From Flaccisagitta enflata (Eukaryota): a DNA stretch of 64,000 bases. Below the pieces are notes generated by a model. The model searched no databases, was not told where the DNA came from, and saw nothing but the letters and a program-made list of their open reading frames with translations. Each line of letters begins with the position of its first letter. Position 1 is the stretch's first letter. The stretch is taken from assembly GCA_965153355.1 (NCBI GenBank), contig OZ231126.1, positions 17,856,001 through 17,920,000 on the forward strand. Direction: 5' to 3'. Shown here piece after piece: positions 55,769 to 64,000 of the stretch. A program made the position numbers and the translations under genes.

Positions 55769-56060
55769 TTCATAAAGAAGGCGGTGCTGTGAATTGGTAT
55801 GAATGATTGAACACAGATTTCGGCAAAAATTATATCTCAACGGCCAAATGGAATATTTGATGAGATGCCAAGAAACAGGAGAGATTCCCAGCCAAAGGAT
55901 CTGGTCGTAGACAAGACCATTGGCACGGAGAGATAGCCAAACTTCGAATTGGAATGAAAAAAAGGAGGAACCTAGTACATTAAGACAGATATATTTATCG
56001 TTGTGGAAAGGAAGTGCGAAGTTATTGACCATGTAAACACCCCGCTCTTTACAGTTTCAG

Positions 56061-56105
<45 letters not shown>

Positions 56106-56361
56106 TAAAATGCACGAAAGAAAGAAAAAAATAAGAAATTAATGGACGAAATTGGAAGGCCCGGCCAACATAAAATGAATGTTGGTGACTTGATTGACGG
56201 TTAACGTAAAGACATCGACTTTACTGAAGAAACATGTAAGACTGTAAAAAGCCTTCTAGCTTCCACAATACCGGGTACAAGCCCTCTATTTCTCTTTTGA
56301 GTTTCTGAAAAAGAAAGAATGAAAAAAAGAAAGGAAAGAGAAAGAAAGAAAGAAAGAAAAA

Positions 56362-56437
<76 letters not shown>

Positions 56438-56506
56438 AAAAAAAAAAGAAAGAAAGACAGAAATAAGGAAAGAAAGAAAGAAGGAAAGAAAGAGAGAAAG
56501 AAAGAC

Positions 56507-56718
56507 ACAAGGCCGGATACACGGCTACCCTAGTCGCGTGCGGGTGGGCAAGGGCAGTGATGAAATTGACCGACTAAACGGTTGGGCAGAAGCAGTAACC
56601 CCCAAAACGCCCGCAAACGCCGAAAAAAGTTAAGCGTGACGGACGGACGGGCGGACGTACGGACTGACCGACAGACGGACAGAGCGGGTTGTAGAGTCGC
56701 GTGCACGCGACTAAAAAA
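56507..56718 (-). mobile_element. HINE/DINE-1-like element, family A
   Basis: acaaggccggatacacggc...agtcgcgtgc ... gagtcgcgtgcacgcgactaaaaa. Confidence 0.82.
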
Positions 56719-57009
56719 GAAGGAAAGCACAAAATGAATTTTACAAAGTAAGAAATGGAAAGTGAGTGGAAAGTTTGGCACCTGTAGAATCAGGGGAGTG
56801 CTACGTCAGAATATGCCAAGAGTCAAAGAGAGAGAGAGAGAGAGAGAGCGGTAATAACGAATATTCCAAAGAACATTCGGGATTTTGCAATTTTGTGATG
56901 AAAATTCTGGTATATACCTATCAGGGCAATCACTCATGCAAACTAAACGAGCCTGCATGCATTCATAACTATATTTTAGCATTACTGGACGACATGTAAT
57001 CAAATTTCC

Positions 57010-57222
<213 letters not shown>

Positions 57223-58338
57223 GACAAAAGCTCGTTTTTTTCAACAAGCGAGAAAAGGGTCAGTGTCAATTCGAAACAGAAAAGGGCCATACTTTGCCTG
57301 CTTTACAGAAAAGCGCACATTTTTTGTTCTTTTTGCTATCGACAGATGAAATAGATGAGCGATATTCAATCTAACTTGCAAGGATACACATTACACAGGC
57401 CTACAGCGGACCACATCATGCCCGTAAGCGTCCTGGTCTATTTAGATTCTTTATGTATTGCCCACGGGAAATCCGTCCATGGGAAAACTCTCGATAAGCT
57501 CGTTTAACCATCTATTTGGGTTTCTTTCCTTCTCCACATGTGCAGCGAATCGTTATCTCAGATTTCGGCATCGGTCAGAACCCTTGATTGGCCTCGCAGC
57601 CACCGACGTCGATCGCATAAACAAACCCCTTCTCATTTCACGATTCTTGGTTCGCCGACTTTCACTAAGCGATGTTTTAAATAGTAAGTAGTACCACATG
57701 ACGAACTATCATTTTTGTTTATTTCCAGTTAGAGTAGAACGCATGCGGCTCTCTCTCATCCAGCTCTTCGGTCTTTACGTCATACAGTACTTCTTTTAGT
57801 ATGGTAGAGTGGGACCAAAACTGGGATAACTGGGGAAATCAAAAGTCAAATAACATTAATCTTGTTTTATTCACTTTTTAGATGATGCTTACTAAGTTCC
57901 CCGCGTTTCATGTTAAAAAGATGGCACGAAATCAATGTAAGACAAGCAGATCCATCAATTTTGTCGCGTGTTACGAAAGTCATCGATTTCTTGTCAGGTT
58001 CAAAGTTCCTAAACGCCCACTCAGGAGGTCTATCTGCAAGAACTCAAGAACCTTCTACAGCAAATGGGGACAAGGCAACAAAAAAGAAAAAAAACTTATG
58101 TCAACCCACGCCATGCCTCGTAGAGTGTGGTTCATATATGCGCCAACGTACCCATACATATATATATATATTAGGCTCTGGTCGATCAGTTGGTGTGTCT
58201 CTCAGTCTGTCAGTCCGCCTGTCAATCGGTCACACTGGAGCTGATACGAATCTCACCGATAGGTCTTTTAATTTCATTCCTCTACACGGTGCAAACACTG
58301 CCTTGAACGGATACAATGACCCAAAACGGTTTGTCGAC

Positions 58339-58535
58339 TTTTTAGTCGCGTGCAGGCGACTCTACAACCTGCTTTGTCCGTCGGTCGGTCGGTTGGTTGG
58401 TCGGTTGGTGGGTCATGTTACTTTTTTTATGATTTTATTTTTTTGACCCCACTGCTCCTGCCTTAATGGTCTCAAATACGGCCCCTCCCCACCCGCACGC
58501 GACTTCGGTAGCCGTGTATCCGGCCTTGTTTTTTT
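58339..58535 (+). mobile_element. HINE/DINE-1-like element, family A
   Basis: tttttagtcgcgtgc ... gcacgcgact ... gccgtgtatccggccttgttt; a degraded copy also lies at 62420-62560. Confidence 0.8.
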
Positions 58536-59165
58536 CTCAACGGCAACTGGCAATTTCGGCCCATCCTTAATCAATTATGATCCCTTGTTCCGCGGCTCGG
58601 CGACCCTATTAGTTTAGGCTTAGAATTCTTTAAGTGGAGATAATGAATGCCTAAAGGCTTTTTACAAAATTTCCCCCATCTTAATGAAACGAGTCGCCAG
58701 TCATCGATCCGGCTGTAGATACCCAGTTGAGATGAAACCACTCGAAGTTCGAAATTCATCTCGAATGATTACCGTTAAAATGTCCGCTTAGTAATGCGAA
58801 CCTAACCGAAGATTGATCAAGAGTACCAATTAGAATCCGCACTTGAATCCAAAACCAAGTCAAGGAATTTCATGTAAGGACTCAGAAAAGTGAAGCACCG
58901 CTGTTCTTGAAAATCCCTTTAGTCTCAGATGCGTGACTCTATACGCTGCTGGGTTGGTCCATCTGTCCATATATGGTTAAAGCGCGCGTATGATAGGCCG
59001 ACGCGGCAGGCCGACAGCAGGCGTTCTTATTGTCTCGATAGTAAAGATTGTCGAAAAATCGCGAAATGAATTATTGAAAAAGAAAAGTGTCTCTTATAAT
59101 CTTTTATTTATTTGGCATGTGAGACGCCATTTGGCGATGGCAATTCGGGAGGCAAAGGCGCCATA

Positions 59166-59708
59166 CAGGGTGATTTTTTTCAAGTGGGGGAAAGTATTAA
59201 GACACCAAATTTTTATTATACAATTTGAAGATAAACCAAAGTTAGTTTATACTTGCAAACTATTTGACATTTGATATTCAAGAAAGAAAAAATATTTTTG
59301 ACCAGTTTTGAATTCAATTTAGCATAGTTGACCATTTTCAATCCATTATTTTTTCACAATAGTGAATTTTTGAATTATGCACAAAAAAACTTATTTTGGT
59401 CAAAAAGTTGAATGTCAGTTTACTTTTATCACTAATTTAGATATTTTAACTCTGGTTTTTATTTAAAACAGTTTTTTACTAAAATTTTGTAATTTCAGCT
59501 TCATCCATATAAGCAATTTCATAAAAAACATTAATTTTCTTGAAATTTTGGGTTTGATATTAACAAAATTTGCCAAAAATATTTTTTCTTTCTTGAAAAG
59601 TAAATGTCAAGTAGTTTGCAACAATAAACTAATTTTGGTTCATCCTGAAAGGTCATAATTAAAATTTGATGCCTTAATACTTTTCCCTACTTGAAAAAAA
59701 TCACCGTG
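59166..59708. mobile_element. Tc1/mariner-type MITE with about 140-bp TIRs
   Basis: TA|CAGGGTGATTTTTTTCAAGT ... ACTTGAAAAAAATCACCGTG|TA; arms align to about 59305 and 59570. Confidence 0.88.
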
Positions 59709-59710
59709 TA

Positions 59711-60215
59711 AGCAACAGCTTTGAGCTATCTAGATCAACGTCAGCAAAACGCCCTCTGATCCCCACTGAGACACCATCTAGATACCATCAATGCGCCATA
59801 AACAACAGCTTTGAGCCATCTAGATTGACGTCACCAAGACACAATCTGCTTGCTACTGAGACGCCATTTAGATACCATCAATACGCCAATGTAACTCCAT
59901 CTGTATGCTATCAAGACACCCTCGAGACGCTTCAGAGACGCCTTCTAGATACCATCAATACGCCACCAATACCCCAATGAAACTCCATCTGTATGCGATC
60001 AAGACACCCTCGAGACACTCTGGAGATGCCATCTAGATACCATTAATACGCCACCAATACGCCAATGTAACTCCATCTGTATGCCATCAAGACACCCTCG
60101 AGACGCTTTGGAGACGCCATCTAGATACCATCAATACGCCACCAATACGCCAATGAAACTCCATCTATATGCCATCAAGACGCCCTCCAGATGCTACGGA
60201 GACATCATCTAGACA
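59711..60215. repeat. Minisatellite, about 89-bp period
   Basis: tagataccatcaatacgcc...aactccatctgtatgc.atcaagacaccctcgagac recurs 4-5 times. Confidence 0.85.
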
Positions 60216-60257
60216 CACGAAGAAAGATGCGTTTTGTCCTAATTGAATATTCATATC

Positions 60258-61583
60258 AACAAGGCCAACACCTATAAGTCGCGTGCAGGACAAAAATAAC
60301 TGAACTGATCTGACTCCTTATTGATCTTTTTTTTCGAAAATCAGATTTAAACCAGATCCAAACCAGAACCAAACCAGTCCCAAACCAGACTCAAACCAGA
60401 CTAAAACCAGACTCAAACCAGACTCAAACCAGACTCAAACCAGACTCAAACCAGACTCAAACCAGACTCAAACCAGACTCAAACCAGACCGAAACCAGCA
60501 GAATTAAACCAGCCGACTTAAACCAGCCGACTTAAACCAGCCGACTTAAACCCGCAGACTTAAACCAGCAGACTTAAACCAGCAGACTTAAACCAGCAGA
60601 TTTAAACCAGCAGACTTAAACCAGCATACCTTAACCAGCAGACCTAAATGACCAAAAATGACCAAAAATGACCAAAAATGACCAAAATGACAAAAAATGA
60701 CAAAAAATGACAAAAAATGACCAAAATCACCAAAATGACCAAAAATGACCAAAAATGACCAAAAATGACCACAGATGATCAAAAATGACCAAAAATGACC
60801 AAAAATGACCACAGATGATCAAAAATGACCAAAAATGACCAATATGGCCAAAATCGACCAAAATGACCAAAAATGACCAAAGATGATCAAAAATAACCAA
60901 AAATGACCAAAAATGACCAAAAATGACCAGAAATGACCAAAAATGACCAAAATCGACCAAAGTAGACCAAAATTGACCAAAAATGACCAAAAATGACCAA
61001 AAGTGACTCAAAATGACCAAAAATGACCAAAAATTACCAAAATGACCAAAATGACCAAAATGACCAAAAATGACGAAAATGACCAAAAATGACTAAAAGT
61101 GACCAAAAATGACCAAAAATGACCACAGATGATCAAAAAATGACCAAAAATGGCCAAAATTGACCAAAAATGACCAAAAATGACCAAAATGGCCAAAATG
61201 ACCAAAATGACCAAAATGACCAAAATGACCGAAAATGACCACAGATGATCAAAAACGACCAAAAATGACCAAAAATGACCAAAAATGACCAAAAATGACC
61301 AAAAATAATCAAAAATGACCAAAAATGACCAAAAATGACCAAAAATGACCAAAATCACCAAAATGACCAAAAAGACCAAAATGACCAAGAATGACCAAAA
61401 ATAACCAAAGATGACTAAAAGCAACCAATTATTCCCAAAAACAACAAAAAAATGACTCAAAATCACTCCAGACAACCCAAAAAGACGAAAAAAAGCAAAG
61501 TGTTACCGACCGACGGACCGACGGACGGACGGACGGACCGACCGACGGAGCGGGTTGTAGAGTCGCGTGCACGCGACTAAAAA
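60258..61583 (-). mobile_element. HINE carrying about 1.1 kb of internal satellite arrays
   Basis: Same ends as 47176-47540; arrays (AAACCAGACTC)n, (AAACCAGCAGACTT)n and (AAAAATGACC)n. Confidence 0.82.
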
Positions 61584-61651
61584 GCAGCCAGGAGAAAATA
61601 ACAACGCCGATGACGATGTCTTTTTTCACCTATCATTCAAGTCAAACAAAG

Positions 61652-61741
<90 letters not shown>

Positions 61742-62563
61742 AAGAGACAGACAGTCAGAAAAGAGAGGAACAGAGAGATGAATTTTTGATGTTTACGAAA
61801 AAAAAAAAAAAAAAAAACCCACAAAAACAAAAAAACAAAAACAAAAAAAAAAAAAAAAGACAGAGAAGAAAACAAAGAGTGCGATAGGGGGTCAAAAAGC
61901 ACAAGCAAGCGGGAAACGGAAAATGAACGAAGGTGAAAAAAGTATTATATTGATGGGAAGAGATGCGTAAGGTGAGCTCTGGATGTTGAAGCTGTATCGA
62001 GGTTTATTCTTATACATGTGCGGGTTTGTGCTTAATGCATCATATGAATGTTGAACAATATTACTACTTAACAACATCTAAAATAAGGACAAGAGCCTTT
62101 GGAGCTCTAACTGGTGTTCAATATTACATTACGCAAAGATCGTGTTCCCCACCTTTAGGCCTATATCCAATTCCAACTGGCAGCAAGACTGGTTTCATAT
62201 TCGCGTTATCACAATCAAATAGTAATTTCTTGGAACAGCGGCTTTTTGTCATTGTTGCGCGCTGAAAAGCCGAGTGAGATCTATCAAGAGTGAGAAACTA
62301 ATTCTGGATCCAACTCTAGCCTAATAATTCGTCTTATGCCTCATCGCCTCTCCAGACAGACTAGGCTCCGGGGCTTCTTTGTTGCTTATGAGGAAGCAGC
62401 CACAAAGAGATGGAGTAATGTTTTTATTCGCGTGCACGCGACTGTATAACCCGCTGTGTCCGCAACATAAGTGTGTTGGTCGGTCGGTCGGTCACACATT
62501 GCCTTTTTTGGCCCAAATGCTTGGTCGGCCTAATTACCCGCACGCGACTTGGGCCTCGTTCAC

Positions 62564-62661
62564 ATAATATAATAAAATATAATATAATATAATATAATAT
62601 GATATGATATAATATAATATAATATAACATGATATAATATAATATAATATAATATAATATA
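62564..62661. repeat. (ATAAT)n pentanucleotide microsatellite
   Basis: Direct reading. Confidence 0.92.
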
Positions 62662-63489
62662 TAGCAACCAACACAGACCCCTGAGAGTCCAAAAAATGGT
62701 TGCTATTAGTTTTATTTCACGCCCTTTTGTCTTTTTGCCCCCGTATCTTACCCAACTCATATCATTGCTTCATAATGCAAAATAGCCTTAGATTAGGTCC
62801 TCAACCCAGTAAAACATCAGATGAGGAACCAATTCGTATAGCAGCAGTCATTGTTATTATGAGTATGTGGACTAAGCAATGGGTACCGCGAAGCATCGAT
62901 CTCTTATTTATCTCTTTATCTCTGTCTCCTTCCGTCTCCAAAGATATCTCCATCACGAATCCCATCACTTCACTTCACCACCTCTTTTCTTCCGCTTTTC
63001 TTCCCTCCAAGAGATCATTATCTCGCCATCGACAAATCTTTTTTAGTAATAAAAAAAAAGAAACGCTAAAATAACATGTGTTACTCAAAGAACCACCAAG
63101 ATTTTTTTTTTTTCATTCTTTTTTTTTTTTCGTTTTCCAGCTTTTATCGAAAATCAGGCATTGAAAGATATAAGGAAATGAAAAAAACAAGGATGATTGG
63201 GCCAACGGAGCGTCGGGTTTGAATTATAACTCTAGTTTTAACCCTGGTTTTAAATTAAGTTAATGATTAATCAAACTGACAAATAAATGAATGCGTGAAG
63301 GAATGTAAGGATGAATGTGTGAATAGTACTAAATGGTCGCAAAAGCTCTGGATGGTCCTCGGTACCCGACGTCCTTTAGTTAGTGTACGTGGGAATGAGA
63401 TGGTGAGAGGAGCAAATGACCCTTGCTTTGGAAGAATCATGGGCAATTATCGGGCGCGTAGGGTTGGGATAAAGACCTTTGGGCCACAA

Positions 63490-63740
63490 TCCTTCGATTT
63501 GGACCTCGCGGCAGAGATTTGGGCCTTAAGCCTATCAATCAGGCCTTGAGACTGAGATTTGGACCTTGTGGCTGAGATTTGGGCCTTAAGACTGGAATGT
63601 GTACCTCGATGCATATATGGGCCTCAAGGCTGAAGTTTAGGCCTTAGGTCTTGAATATGGGCCTCGAGACAGAGATTTGTGCTTAGAGGAAAAGATTGAG
63701 GCCTCAAAGAGATTTGGGCCTTGAGGCTAAGATTTTCGCC
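63490..63740 (-). repeat. Degenerate about 21-bp tandem repeat (gagatttgggccttgaggct)
   Basis: Resembles the reverse complement of the cctcaaatc arrays inside family B elements. Confidence 0.55.
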
Positions 63741-64000
63741 CCAGGGCTGGGATCAGATTTTCGGTTCCAAGCAGGAATAGACTATTTTACATAAACAGCT
63801 GATTACATCTTTACTTCAAACTGAATGGAAGCTAAACCCCCGAAGCCAGTGCTATGAAATAAACAGTGCATGAATAAATAGAAGAGTAAGTGCCTTTTAC
63901 AAACTACACAAAAACAAATAAGCATTTCTAACAAGGCTGGTTCCACGGCAATCTCAGTTGTAGACAGTCAGCAGACAAAACACAATAGGTATATATATCA

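Noticed and set aside
59711-61450. Regular short repeats as a possible CRISPR array
   Set aside because: Contiguous tandem monomers with no unique spacers, no cas genes, eukaryotic context.

Overview
Repeat-dominated eukaryotic (probably invertebrate animal) intergenic or intronic DNA; I found no host protein-coding gene, rRNA or CRISPR array. The centrepiece is a very young BEL/Pao LTR retrotransposon (33654-42406; 5-bp TSD AGTGA; near-identical 917/916-bp LTRs ending TG...TA). It keeps a glutamine-rich Gag and a protease, but in-frame deletions have removed RT, RNase H and integrase catalytic segments. It has no tRNA primer-binding site; the bases right after the 5' LTR are complementary to a segment inside its own LTR, suggesting self-priming that may be improved by splicing of an LTR intron. 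The window also holds a near full-length and a truncated L2/CR1-group LINE, plus an APE-RT LINE whose ORF is restored when two nested insertions are removed. Other repeats include three hAT-type non-autonomous elements with 8-bp TSDs, several MITEs, a tRNA-derived SINE, many Helentron-associated (HINE/DINE-1-like) elements, minisatellites and long microsatellites. Most ORFs in the supplied track are microsatellite artefacts. All calls were made by eye with no database search.
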